Source: a bacterium (GTDB lineage: Bacteria > UBP15 > UBA6099). Taken from it: a stretch of 64,000 bases of DNA. The notes below the pieces were generated by a model. The model had not been told where the DNA came from and did no database searches. It worked only from the letters and a program-made list of their open reading frames with translations. The position numbers and the translations under genes are program-made. Below, piece by piece: positions 53,079-62,553 of this stretch. Within the stretch, counting starts at the first letter, position 1; every line of letters begins with the position of its first letter. The stretch is from positions 23,348-87,347 of the forward strand of contig JAKQPS010000051.1 of assembly GCA_029564595.1 (NCBI GenBank). The letters run 5' to 3'.

Positions 53079-54497
53079 ATGACAAAAGGCAAGAACGGCG
53101 AACTGACGCCGCTGGGGATGAAAATCATCCTGCTTTACTGCGTGGCGAACGTGGGGATGATGGTTCTGGACACGGTTCTCGACCAATACGCGGTTTTTTT
53201 CTACGCGCCGAGGAGGACCGAAGGAGGCGCGGCGGCGGGCGCGGTTATGGCGTTCGCGCCTCTCGTGCTGGCCGGACTCGCCCTTAATTTCGGAAGGTTC
53301 ATGGACGCTCTGGCAAACCCGATAGTAGGTTATCTGAGCGACCGCACCAGCACAAGATGGGGCCGCAGGATTCCTTATGTTCTTTTCGGCTCCATACCAA
53401 TGACGATATTTTTCATAATGATGTTTTTCCCTCCGTTGCAGTCGGAATCGAAATGGAACGCGGTTTGGTTTGCGTTTACCTGCGGCGGGTTCTTATTCCT
53501 GTACACGCTCGTGGTGGCTCCGTATCTTGCGCTGATACCGGAATTGGCGAAGAGCAGCGACGACCGGGTCAAGCTTTCATCATGGCACGCGATAGCGAGC
53601 ATGTTGGGTTTGATAATCGGCTCGGTGGCGACAGGCGTGATAGTGACGAAAGCCGGCGGCGGCACGAACGGCATAAGGACGATGGCGGTCTCGATGGGGA
53701 TTCTCTCTTTCGCGACGATCATATTTACCGCGCTGACCGTCAAGGAAGGGCCGGTGACGAAGGAGAAAGTCGCAAAAATATCATTCATGCAGGCTCTCGC
53801 GCCGGCGTTCAAAAACAAGCATTTTTTGATTTACATATTCAGCATCTCGTCGTTCTGGCTGGGATACAAGGTGTTGCAAAGCTCCACCATATATGTCTGC
53901 ACTGTCATATTGAACAAACCGGAAGGATATGTAAGCGCGATAATGGCGGGGATGCTCGTTGTTCTGCTGCTTTCGATTCCGCTTGTGTTTACCCTTTACA
54001 ACAAGTTCGGAAAGAAGAAGCTGTTTCTGGCAGGGCTGGCGATGATGATGCTTTTTTCTCCATTGCAGGGGCTTGTGATGAAGGCCGGCGCGTTTATGGA
54101 CGCAACACTGTTCTATCACATAATCATCGCGTTGATGGGGTTCCCTATCGCGCTGATGCTGGTGATATATAACGCGGTGCTTTCCGACATTATAGATTTC
54201 GACGAGAAGCAGACGGGCTTCCGGCGCGAAGCCATGTACTATGGAATCGAGGGTCTGTTCACGAAAACGACAAGGGGAATCGGCTCGTCGCTAAGCGCGG
54301 TGCTATTCGCGTTGTTCGGGTTGGACGCCGCTTCCGGCTCTGCGTTTTCCGGCATAACGCGCTCTATCACGGAATTTTTCACAAGCGTGGGGCTCGGCGC
54401 GGGGCCGGCGACAGGGTTGTTGCTGGCAGGTCCAATCTGCGCGGTTTTCTCACTAGCGGGCGTGATAATCTTCAGCAAGTACACGTTGACTAAATAG
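53079..54497 (+). CDS. MFS transporter, glycoside-pentoside-hexuronide (GPH) family
   Basis: GYLSDRTSTRWGRRIPYVLFG is the GPH loop motif; 12-TM profile. GGAGA lies 5 nt before ATG 53079; ATG 53067 is also in frame. Confidence 0.8.
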   Translation: MTKGKNGELTPLGMKIILLYCVANVGMMVLDTVLDQYAVFFYAPRRTEGGAAAGAVMAFAPLVLAGLALNFGRFMDALANPIVGYLSDRTSTRWGRRIPYVLFGSIPMTIFFIMMFFPPLQSESKWNAVWFAFTCGGFLFLYTLVVAPYLALIPELAKSSDDRVKLSSWHAIASMLGLIIGSVATGVIVTKAGGGTNGIRTMAVSMGILSFATIIFTALTVKEGPVTKEKVAKISFMQALAPAFKNKHFLIYIFSISSFWLGYKVLQSSTIYVCTVILNKPEGYVSAIMAGMLVVLLLSIPLVFTLYNKFGKKKLFLAGLAMMMLFSPLQGLVMKAGAFMDATLFYHIIIALMGFPIALMLVIYNAVLSDIIDFDEKQTGFRREAMYYGIEGLFTKTTRGIGSSLSAVLFALFGLDAASGSAFSGITRSITEFFTSVGLGAGPATGLLLAGPICAVFSLAGVIIFSKYTLTK

Positions 54498-54636
54498 TCG
54501 CGGCATTGACGAACGAATGTTTCAGGGAGCCTGAACCGGAGCGCGGCCGGGCGCTTTTTAGATTTTGCGTTTTCCAATCTTTTTCTCTGGTGTAGAATTC
54601 ATGTGATGAAAGACTGATATTCGGGAGGATATTCTC

Positions 54637-55446
54637 GTGAAATTATCTTTGCAGGAAGGCTTGTGCGGATGCGAAGGCTTCAGAGGATTTCTAAGGGACG
54701 CGAAGGAGTGGGGTTTCGACGCGGTGGAAGTGTGGGGCGAGGGACTGGAAGAGCGGCTGGACGAAGTTGTCGCCGCGCTGCGAGAGGAAGGGGCAACGGC
54801 GTCGTCGGTGTGTCCGGGAGGAGGGGGCATAAGGGGAACGATCCTGAGCGAAGACGCGGAAGAGGCGAAACGCGCCGCCGGGGATATAGACAAGTTGATT
54901 GACTGTTGCGCGCGGCTGGATGGGGCCGGGCTTATAATAGTTCCGGAATTCGGAGAGAAGAAATTCATGGCGCTTTATCCGGATCACGGGGATTTTGAGA
55001 GAAGAAAAGGCTTGTTCGCGGAAAGACTTGAGTCGCATGCAAGGAGAGCGGAAAGGCTAGGAGTGAGGATTTTGCTGGAGCCTCTGAACAGATATGAGGC
55101 GTTTTTCATGCTCACGGTAGGGCAGGCTGCTGAAACGTGCAGGATGCTCGGCAGTCCGGCAGTTAGAGTGATAGCCGACTTGTTTCACATGGGAATCGAG
55201 GAAGACAACACTGCGAAGGCGATTTCGGACAATATTGAATGGATAGATCATGTGCATCTTGTGGATTCCAACAGAAAACTGCCGGGACAGGGCGAAAAGG
55301 ATTTCGCGCCGGCGCTGGCGGCATTGAAGAACGGCGGATTCGACGGCTATCTGTGCATGGAGTGCGGAGTTCCGGGGGACGACCCGGCGGCGCAATTCAA
55401 GAAATCAGTAAAATGGATGAGAGACGCTATAGGGCGGATTGGGTAA
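54637..55446 (+). CDS. sugar phosphate isomerase/epimerase (xylose-isomerase-like TIM barrel)
   Basis: AP_endonuc_2-like pattern (ILLEPLNRYE, DLFHM, HVHLVDSNR, CMECG). GTG 54637 is preceded by GGGAGGA. Confidence 0.7.
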   Translation: MKLSLQEGLCGCEGFRGFLRDAKEWGFDAVEVWGEGLEERLDEVVAALREEGATASSVCPGGGGIRGTILSEDAEEAKRAAGDIDKLIDCCARLDGAGLIIVPEFGEKKFMALYPDHGDFERRKGLFAERLESHARRAERLGVRILLEPLNRYEAFFMLTVGQAAETCRMLGSPAVRVIADLFHMGIEEDNTAKAISDNIEWIDHVHLVDSNRKLPGQGEKDFAPALAALKNGGFDGYLCMECGVPGDDPAAQFKKSVKWMRDAIGRIG

Positions 55447-55449
55447 GAG

Positions 55450-56565
55450 ATGACGGATAAAACTCATTTTTCAAAGATAGCGATATTAGGGGTGGGGCTG
55501 CTCGGCGGCTCCATTGCGAAAACGGCAAAGAAAAACGGAATGGTTTCGCGGGTGTCCGGGCATGGAAGAAACCCGGAGAGAATCGGCTACGCGCTCCGGA
55601 ATGGAATAATCGACGAAGCCGCGGCTACACCTGAAGAAGCCGTCCGAGGCGCGGAACTTGTAGTTGTCTGCACTCCTGTCGGACTGATTTCGGAGACAAT
55701 AGAGAGGATATCCGTTTGTCTGGAGCCGGGGGCGATAGTGACGGATGTTGGAAGCACGAAGACGACCATCGTCAGGAATGCCGAGGCGATTTTGCCGGAC
55801 AGCGTAAGTTTTGTGGGCGGACACCCTATGGCGGGGTCTGAGGAATCCGGAGTGGAGGCGTCTACGGACACTCTTTTTGAAAACGCGCTCTGCGTGCTGG
55901 CGTCGTCTGACCGGACAAACATTTCCGCTTTGAACAGAATGGCCAGATTTTGGGAGGCGATGAGGTCTCAGGTGATGATAATGTCGCCGGAGGAGCATGA
56001 TCTTCTGGTGGCAGCATCGAGTCATCTTCCGCACATGGTGGCGGTGGCTCTGACCCGTTGTGTGGCGGAGATTTCGGCGGACAGGGAGAAGGTGCTGCCT
56101 CTGTTAGCCGGAGGTTTCAGGGACACCACGCGCATCGCGTCGGGCAGCGCGGACATGTGGCGGGATATATGTCTCACCAATCCTGAGTTTATCGGCGCGG
56201 TGATGGAGAGATTCGGCAGAACGATGATGGAGGTGGCGGAGGCGGTGCGGGGTTGCGAGCCGGAAAAGCTGGAACGCCTGTTCGCGGACGCTAAGAGCTT
56301 CCGGGACGGCCTGCCCGCGAAAGGAAGGGGAATACTCGCTCCGGCGTCAGAGATTCTGGTGGACGTTACGGACCGCCCCGGCGTTATCGGCGAAATCACG
56401 CTTGCTCTCGGCGAGGCGGGCATAAATATCCGCAATATCAATGTTCAGCATGTGCGCGAGATGAGGGGCGGCGCTCTTTCTCTTATTTTAGAAAAAGCTT
56501 CCGACATGGAGGCCGCCGCAAAGTTGCTCTCGGATAAAGGATTCGTCGCGACGAAAGTGGATTAA
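55450..56565 (+). CDS. tyrA: prephenate dehydrogenase with C-terminal ACT domain
   Basis: IAILGVGLLGGSIA, GGHPMAGSE, and the ACT-like VDVTDRPGVIGEITLALGEAGINIRNI. Confidence 0.85.
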   Translation: MTDKTHFSKIAILGVGLLGGSIAKTAKKNGMVSRVSGHGRNPERIGYALRNGIIDEAAATPEEAVRGAELVVVCTPVGLISETIERISVCLEPGAIVTDVGSTKTTIVRNAEAILPDSVSFVGGHPMAGSEESGVEASTDTLFENALCVLASSDRTNISALNRMARFWEAMRSQVMIMSPEEHDLLVAASSHLPHMVAVALTRCVAEISADREKVLPLLAGGFRDTTRIASGSADMWRDICLTNPEFIGAVMERFGRTMMEVAEAVRGCEPEKLERLFADAKSFRDGLPAKGRGILAPASEILVDVTDRPGVIGEITLALGEAGINIRNINVQHVREMRGGALSLILEKASDMEAAAKLLSDKGFVATKVD

Positions 56566-56792
56566 ACAAGAGCGGACGATGGATGCGGATGTTGTGAGCA
56601 TTGAGCGGCAAAGACCGATTTTGACTGTTTTCGGCCTTAATAAGCGATTATCGGCGGTTATTTGAAATCTGCCGCGAAGGATTGTTTTCGGCGGTTTTTA
56701 TACATCCCTAGAATAAATAAAAAATAAATTTAAAAAAATATTTTTGACCTAGAAAACAGGAATATTAGTAATCCCGTGATTTAACACACGCC

Positions 56793-56818
56793 CAACACCA
56801 CTATATATTGTGGTGTTG
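56793..56818. promoter_or_regulatory. perfect 9-bp inverted repeat (caacaccac-N8-gtggtgttg) in the AT-rich tyrA/mraZ spacer; possible operator
   Basis: Read directly from the sequence. The loop is tatatatt. Confidence 0.3.
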
Positions 56819-56964
56819 CATTGCTCCCCATACAATATGATGACAAAGTCAATAATGGCCATTTCGAGGCGAATATGGTTATAATTTGATATTAAAAGAC
56901 TAATTCTTAAATATGCGTAGGATAACGACTGATATGGCCGAATATCGCTAATTTATTTATTTTT

Positions 56965-57065
56965 TGGGAAGTGGTTGACAAGGTTTTTTTTTTGACATAC
57001 GATAGCAGTACCTGAAAGTGGGAATATATTTAGTTGAAATTTATATAAAATACAAAAAGTGGGAA
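56965..57065 (+). promoter_or_regulatory. mraZ control region: TTGACA-17-TACGAT promoter candidate plus three TGGGA motifs, two inside an exact AAAGTGGGAA 10-mer
   Basis: TTGACA at 56975-56980 and TACGAT at 56998-57003. AAAGTGGGAA occurs at 57015-57024 and 57056-57065 (41 bp apart). TGGGA also occurs at 56965-56969. Confidence 0.4.
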
Positions 57066-57081
57066 AAGTTTAATATCAAAT

Positions 57082-57114
57082 CGCGGGGTTGTCAAGAAGA
57101 GAAACAACCTCGCG
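57082..57114 (+). other. 11-bp stem-loop in the mraZ leader
   Basis: cgcggggttgt pairs with acaacctcgcg (one G-U pair), with an 11-nt loop. It ends 29 nt before ATG 57143 and has no T tract. Confidence 0.5.
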
Positions 57115-57142
57115 GCTCGAAGGCCTCTAAAAGGAAAAGAGC

Positions 57143-57841
57143 ATGATAAGCCTGAACTTCGGCGGAGAACATAAGAACACAGTGGATGCCAAGTATCGCT
57201 TGAGCATTCCCTTCAGGTTCAGGGAAAAGCTCGAGATGCGCGAGCGGATAGAGGATGAGAAGCGGCTGGACGAGAGAAGGCGGGCGGCGGAAGGCGGAAC
57301 GCTCGACGATATAAAGGAATATATAGAGAAAGCAATCGGCAGAGAGATTGAAAAGGCGTCGGTTCCGGCAACGGGGGCGGAGAAAAAGAAATCGTCCGCA
57401 AAAGAGGAAGGCGACGAGAAGAAGTCCGGGCAGCGGGTGTGGATGACCAAGGGGCTTGAGCCGCCGGTCAAGAAGCCGCTCGACGACAAGAAAACTAAAT
57501 ACGAAGTCATTCTGAAGCAGTTTATATGGTGTCTGCCGCCTGATGTGTTCGACAGGCTTGTGACCGCGATAGACGGGTTGCCGAAGAATGAAGCGACGAT
57601 AGAGTTGAGGAATCATCTTATCAGGAGCGCGCACGAGGTGGAACTGGATCAAGGCGGAAGGGCGTTGCTGCCGCAGCAGTTGAGGTCTTACGCGGGGATA
57701 GGGACTGGCGAAGTGATAATGGTGGGAGACGGGGCGACGTTCCAGTTGTGGTCGAAGAAGAACTACGAGCAGCTTGTGGACACCAGAGGGCGCGAAGAGC
57801 AGATATTCGCCACATACACTGAAAGCGGGATAAGCATCTGA
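57143..57841 (+). CDS. mraZ: transcriptional regulator MraZ, atypically long (232 aa) owing to a charged insertion
   Basis: The first half-site reads FGGEHKNTVDAKYRLSIPFRFREKL and the second VELDQGGRALLPQQLRSYAGIGTGEVIMVGDGATFQLWS, both with DxxxR. It is the first gene of the dcw cluster. Confidence 0.85.
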   Translation: MISLNFGGEHKNTVDAKYRLSIPFRFREKLEMRERIEDEKRLDERRRAAEGGTLDDIKEYIEKAIGREIEKASVPATGAEKKKSSAKEEGDEKKSGQRVWMTKGLEPPVKKPLDDKKTKYEVILKQFIWCLPPDVFDRLVTAIDGLPKNEATIELRNHLIRSAHEVELDQGGRALLPQQLRSYAGIGTGEVIMVGDGATFQLWSKKNYEQLVDTRGREEQIFATYTESGISI

Positions 57842-57867
57842 CGCCGGCGAAACGGGCGCGAGGCGAT

Positions 57868-58818
57868 TTGGAAGACAAATCTGAACATGTGTCCGTTTTA
57901 CTGGAGGAAACAATAGAAGCGCTGTCTGTGAAGCCGGACGGAGTGTACTGCGACGCGACAGCGGGAAAGAGAGGAGGTTTCGCAAAAAAAATTTTAGAGA
58001 AGCTCGCGACGGGGATGGTTGTGGGATTGGACGCGGACCCCGAAGCGGTTGAAAGCCTCAAGGCGGACATCGGCGGCGACCGGAGAGCGAGGATATACAG
58101 GGCGAATTTCCGGGATATGCGGGAGTTATGGGAAGAGGAAGGGCTGCCGGGTCTGGACGGAGTGGTGATGGATCTGGGGCTTTCGACCGAACAGTTGGCG
58201 GATCCGAGGCGTGGGTTCTCTTTCAGTTCGGACGGTCCGTTGAACATGAAATACTGGGCTGACGGACCCGGACCGACGGCGGCGGACATAGTGAACGAGG
58301 CCGCCGAGGAAGAGCTGACGGAGATGTTTTTCCGGTGGGGAGAGAGACACGCTCGGAGGATAGCCAGAGGGATATGCGACGCGAGGCGCTCCGGAAGGAT
58401 AGAGACGACGGGGCGGCTGGCGGAGGTGGCGAGGAAGTCGGCGCCGCCGGCGCGCGGAGGAAGAGACGCAAGCACGCTGGTTTTTCTGGCGTTGAGAGCC
58501 GAGGCGAACCGCGAACTGGAAGCGGTGGAAAAGGGAGTCAGGGCGGCGGTGGACTTGATGAATCCGGGCGGAGTTCTGTGCGTGATAACTTACCAGAGCG
58601 CCGAGGACGGACTTGTGAAGCGACTGACGCGGAAGATGGCGAGGGGTTGCCGTTGCGACGAGGAGAGAGAGAGTTGCGTTTGCGGCGAAGGGACAGCCGG
58701 CATAGAGTTGGTTAATAAAAAAGTGATAGTCCCGTCGAAAGAAGAAATCGCCCGCAACAGGCGGGCGAGGTCGGCGAAGTTAAGGATAGTGCGGAAACTT
58801 ACAAAGGAGCCGCAATGA
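57868..58818 (+). CDS. rsmH: 16S rRNA (cytosine1402-N4)-methyltransferase
   Basis: HVSVLLEETIEAL, DATAGKRGG, DLGLSTEQL and SFSSDGPLNM, plus its position after mraZ. TTG start 57868. Confidence 0.9.
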   Translation: MEDKSEHVSVLLEETIEALSVKPDGVYCDATAGKRGGFAKKILEKLATGMVVGLDADPEAVESLKADIGGDRRARIYRANFRDMRELWEEEGLPGLDGVVMDLGLSTEQLADPRRGFSFSSDGPLNMKYWADGPGPTAADIVNEAAEEELTEMFFRWGERHARRIARGICDARRSGRIETTGRLAEVARKSAPPARGGRDASTLVFLALRAEANRELEAVEKGVRAAVDLMNPGGVLCVITYQSAEDGLVKRLTRKMARGCRCDEERESCVCGEGTAGIELVNKKVIVPSKEEIARNRRARSAKLRIVRKLTKEPQ

Positions 58819-59231
58819 AGAACGATCGAATCAAACAACAGGGCGCGAACGTGATTAACAGGGGGCCGGGCGCGCATCACGCCGGAACATGGGTGAACAG
58901 CAAGAAGATAGCATTCTACACAATAATAATTGCTCTCGGAATGACGGCCATGGGCGTGTATGCATTGCATTTGAAGATAGACATCGACCGAAAATACATT
59001 CTAATTGACGAATACAAAATGAAAAATAACAAGTTAGACGTCGAGATTAGAAAACTCGAAGCGCAGGTCGATGGTCTGAGATCCTACAAGCGGATACAAG
59101 AAACGCTGTCGAGCGCCGGATATGAGATGAGTGTGCCGGCGGAGGCTTTGTACTTGAAGCTGAACGACGAGCAGAAGACGGCGTTGAGAACCGAAGGCGA
59201 AGCGCAAAGGGCCAGAGCGGGAATATTCTAG
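58815..59231 (+). CDS. ftsL: cell division protein FtsL-like (bitopic, coiled coil)
   Basis: 138 aa with a single TM (IAFYTIIIALGMTAMGVYALHL) followed by a heptad-like segment. Located between rsmH and ftsI. ATGA overlap with rsmH. Confidence 0.6.
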   Translation: MKNDRIKQQGANVINRGPGAHHAGTWVNSKKIAFYTIIIALGMTAMGVYALHLKIDIDRKYILIDEYKMKNNKLDVEIRKLEAQVDGLRSYKRIQETLSSAGYEMSVPAEALYLKLNDEQKTALRTEGEAQRARAGIF

Positions 59232-59264
59232 CAGCCGGCGCCGCCTTCATGAAAAGGTGAAGGC

Positions 59265-61028
59265 ATGGGCCGGTCCCCTATAACACAGACCAACAGAAAA
59301 AGAATACACAACGTCCTTATCATGCTCGTCGTGGCCCATTTTTTCATGGTCGCGAGGGCGATTTATGTCGAGTTGTGGCATGGCGACGACCTGCGCGAAC
59401 GCAGGCTTGTGCAGTCGAAGCGGATAGTTCCTCTGCACGCGCGGCGAGGCATGATTCTGGATAACGAAGGCAACAAGCTTGCTGTTGACGTGCCGTACAT
59501 GTCCATCTACGCGCACCCTTCGGAAATAACAAATCACGACGAATACGTGGAAAAACTCAGCGGCCCTCTCGGAATGAGCGGCGACGATGTCAGAAATCTG
59601 ATATCGGATCCGGAGAAGAACAGTGTTTGGCTGGTCAGACACGTGTCGGAGAAAACGGCTGACGCGGTGAAAGAGCTGAACCTGAGAGGGATAGGTTTTT
59701 CTAGGGATTCCAAGAGGTATTATCCGCACGCTCAGACGGCGATGCCGGTGGTCGGGCTTCTGGGCGAGAGCGACGGGCTGACAGGCGTAGAGTTCATATT
59801 CAACAAGCAGTTGAAAGGCGAGAACGGCTATGTGGTTCTTGAGAGGGGACTCGGCGGCATCAATGTGCCGGATTCCACGCGCGAACTAAAACCGGCGAAG
59901 AACGGCGAGGACGTGCACCTGACGATCAATCTTGCCGTCCAGCACTTTGTGTACGACGCGCTCGAGCAGGCTGTGAACAAGTTCGGAGCTAAAGCCGGAA
60001 GCGCGATCGCGATTCAGCCGAAGACGGGGCGCATCCTCGGAATGGCGTCTTACCCGGTGTGCGATCCGAACGATTTTAAAAAATGCCCGCAAGAGACGTA
60101 CAGGAACCGAAGCATAGGGGTTATTTACGAAATAGGAAGCTGCATGAAGCCGATTGTGGTTGCGGCGGCGATAGATAAAGGGATTGTGGACCCGTACGCC
60201 AAGAAGATTCTCTGCGAGGACGGCATGAGGGTGGGAGGGTATAACATCCGCGAGGCGCACGGGGTTGGACTGCCCGCGTATTTAAGCCCGTACGACATCG
60301 TGATTCATTCGTACAATTCCGGCACGGCGAGAATCGGTCTGATGATGGGCAAGGAAATGCAAAGAGAAACTTTTCTGAGATTCCATTTCGGCAAGGCTTT
60401 CAGAGGGCTGGGGCTGAACAATCAGCAGAACGGGCTTTTGGCGCCGATGGCAGAGGTGAGAGACTCGACCATCGCGACGAACTCGTTCGGGCACGGTATA
60501 GGAGTGACGCAGTTGCAGATGGCGGTTGCGATGGGCGCGTTGTGCAACGGCGGAATGCTGATGAACCCGACGGTTATCGAGAAAGTGGTGGACTCGGAAG
60601 GCAATGTGGTCAGCTCTTTCGAGCCGAAGCCGATACGTCGCGTGATAAAGGAAGACACGGCGAAGTTGATGAGGACGATGCTTGTGGGGGCGGTGGAAGA
60701 GGGGACGGGAAAGGCGGCGAGGATTCCGGGATACGCTGTGGGCGGGAAGACCGGGACGGCTATCATGCCGAGGACGGACGGAAGAGGATACACGCGAGAC
60801 GTCGTGTCGTCATTCGTCGGGTTCGCGCCAGCGGAGAATCCAGAAATTCTTGTTATGGTGACGATAGAGCGACCGCAGAGGGGGCTGGGATACTACGGCA
60901 GTCAAGTCGCGGCTCCGGCGGCGGGCGAGATAATGAAAAAGGCGCTGTGGCGGATGAATGTTCCGCCTGCGGACATCGAGGGCGGAATGTACGGTTTTCA
61001 GCCGGATACGGAGATACCGAATGATTGA
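59265..61028 (+). CDS. ftsI: class B penicillin-binding protein (peptidoglycan D,D-transpeptidase FtsI)
   Basis: SCMK (SxxK), SYN (SxN) and KTGT motifs, an N-terminal TM, and dcw position. Confidence 0.9.
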   Translation: MGRSPITQTNRKRIHNVLIMLVVAHFFMVARAIYVELWHGDDLRERRLVQSKRIVPLHARRGMILDNEGNKLAVDVPYMSIYAHPSEITNHDEYVEKLSGPLGMSGDDVRNLISDPEKNSVWLVRHVSEKTADAVKELNLRGIGFSRDSKRYYPHAQTAMPVVGLLGESDGLTGVEFIFNKQLKGENGYVVLERGLGGINVPDSTRELKPAKNGEDVHLTINLAVQHFVYDALEQAVNKFGAKAGSAIAIQPKTGRILGMASYPVCDPNDFKKCPQETYRNRSIGVIYEIGSCMKPIVVAAAIDKGIVDPYAKKILCEDGMRVGGYNIREAHGVGLPAYLSPYDIVIHSYNSGTARIGLMMGKEMQRETFLRFHFGKAFRGLGLNNQQNGLLAPMAEVRDSTIATNSFGHGIGVTQLQMAVAMGALCNGGMLMNPTVIEKVVDSEGNVVSSFEPKPIRRVIKEDTAKLMRTMLVGAVEEGTGKAARIPGYAVGGKTGTAIMPRTDGRGYTRDVVSSFVGFAPAENPEILVMVTIERPQRGLGYYGSQVAAPAAGEIMKKALWRMNVPPADIEGGMYGFQPDTEIPND

Positions 61029-62553
61029 AAAAAAATTATCAAGTCTTTTGACGGGAGTGGAGCATCAGATTGCGGGAGGCTCCCCGGACGCGATTGTGAC
61101 GTCCGCCGCGTATGATTCGAGAGAGTGTTCTCCGGGATGCGTTTTCTTCTGCGTGCCGGGATACAGCGTGGACGGGCACGATTTTGCGCCTGAGGCGATA
61201 TCGCGAGGGGCCGCCGCGCTGGTGGTCGAGCGGGACGTGCCGGCTCCGCCGGACGTGGCGGTGATAAAGACTCCGGACGCAAGGCTGGCGATGGCGCTGA
61301 TTTCCGCCGCGTTTTACGGTTTGCCGTCTAGCAAAATCAAACTCGCCGGGGTGACCGGTACGAACGGCAAAACGAGCGTGGCGTATCTGATAGACGCGCT
61401 TCACCGGCAGGCGGGAATCGCCGGCGGGCTTATCGGCACGGTGGAGAACAGGGTGGCCGACGTTTCTCTGAAAGTGAAGCGGACCACTCCCGAATCCATG
61501 GACCTTCAGGCGTTGCTGGCCATGATGGCTGACAAGGGAGTCGAGCGGGCGGTGATGGAGGTTTCGTCTCACGCCCTGAAACTGTCGCGGGTCGCGGGTT
61601 GCGAGTTCAGTTCGGCGATATTTACCAACCTCACGAGAGACCACCTCGATTTTCACAAGGACGAAGAGGACTACTTCGAGGCTAAAAGGCTGCTGTTCTC
61701 CGAGCATCTGGCGGAGGGCGGGCCTGCTTTGCTTAACAGCGACGATCCGATGTCGGCGCGCATCGCAAAAACGCCGGGGCTGAGAGTGGTCAGATACGCG
61801 GTTGACGATCCCGAAGCCGAGGTGCGGGCGACGGGCGCAAAGCACGCTCAAGACGGAATAAGCTACCGAATAGAGTCGCCTTTTGCCGCAACGTTCGAAG
61901 TGAGAACGAAGCTGATGGGCGGGTTCAACGCGTACAACACGCTGGCGATGGCGGCGTATGGACTGACGGCCGGATTTTCCCCGGAGGACATACAGGCGGC
62001 GCTGGAGAGTTTCAAAGGCGTGCCGGGCAGGTTCGAGAGGGTAGACGCCGGCGGGCCGGTGGGCGTGTACGTGGACTACGCGCATACCCCACACGGTCTG
62101 GAAAACATATTGAAATCCGCGCGCGAGATATGCAAGGGCAGGCTGATAGCGGTGTTCGGATGCGGCGGAGACAGGGACAAGACGAAGCGGGCTTTGATGG
62201 GCGGGATTGCGGCTGAGTTGGCGGATGTGGTTTGGGTGACGAACGACAACCCCCGCACGGAGGAGCCGCACAGGATAATTGACCAGATAACGCTAGGGAT
62301 TGAGCAAGCGTTGATAAAACTGGACCGCTCAAGGCAGTTCAGGTATCACGTCGAGCAGGACAGGTTCGCCGCCATTAAGAGGGCGATTGCCTGCGCCGCG
62401 CCGGGAGATGTCGTGGTTATCGCTGGAAAGGGACATGAAACGGAGCAGATATATAAAGACAGAGTGATTCATTTCGACGACAGGGAAGTGGCGGGAAATA
62501 TTTTGAGGGAGATGGCCGGCAGTGGAGTCGACGCCGATTGCGAAGCTGATTGA
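61021..62553 (+). CDS. murE: UDP-N-acetylmuramoyl-L-alanyl-D-glutamate--2,6-diaminopimelate ligase
   Basis: GVTGTNGKTS P-loop, DYAHTP and GKGHE. ATG 61021 overlaps the ftsI stop. Confidence 0.9.
   Translation: MIEKKLSSLLTGVEHQIAGGSPDAIVTSAAYDSRECSPGCVFFCVPGYSVDGHDFAPEAISRGAAALVVERDVPAPPDVAVIKTPDARLAMALISAAFYGLPSSKIKLAGVTGTNGKTSVAYLIDALHRQAGIAGGLIGTVENRVADVSLKVKRTTPESMDLQALLAMMADKGVERAVMEVSSHALKLSRVAGCEFSSAIFTNLTRDHLDFHKDEEDYFEAKRLLFSEHLAEGGPALLNSDDPMSARIAKTPGLRVVRYAVDDPEAEVRATGAKHAQDGISYRIESPFAATFEVRTKLMGGFNAYNTLAMAAYGLTAGFSPEDIQAALESFKGVPGRFERVDAGGPVGVYVDYAHTPHGLENILKSAREICKGRLIAVFGCGGDRDKTKRALMGGIAAELADVVWVTNDNPRTEEPHRIIDQITLGIEQALIKLDRSRQFRYHVEQDRFAAIKRAIACAAPGDVVVIAGKGHETEQIYKDRVIHFDDREVAGNILREMAGSGVDADCEAD

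Noticed and set aside
61039-62271. 410-aa minus-strand ORF opposite murE
   Set aside because: Same reasoning: Arg-rich low-complexity translation, antisense to a gene with Mur-ligase P-loop and dcw context.
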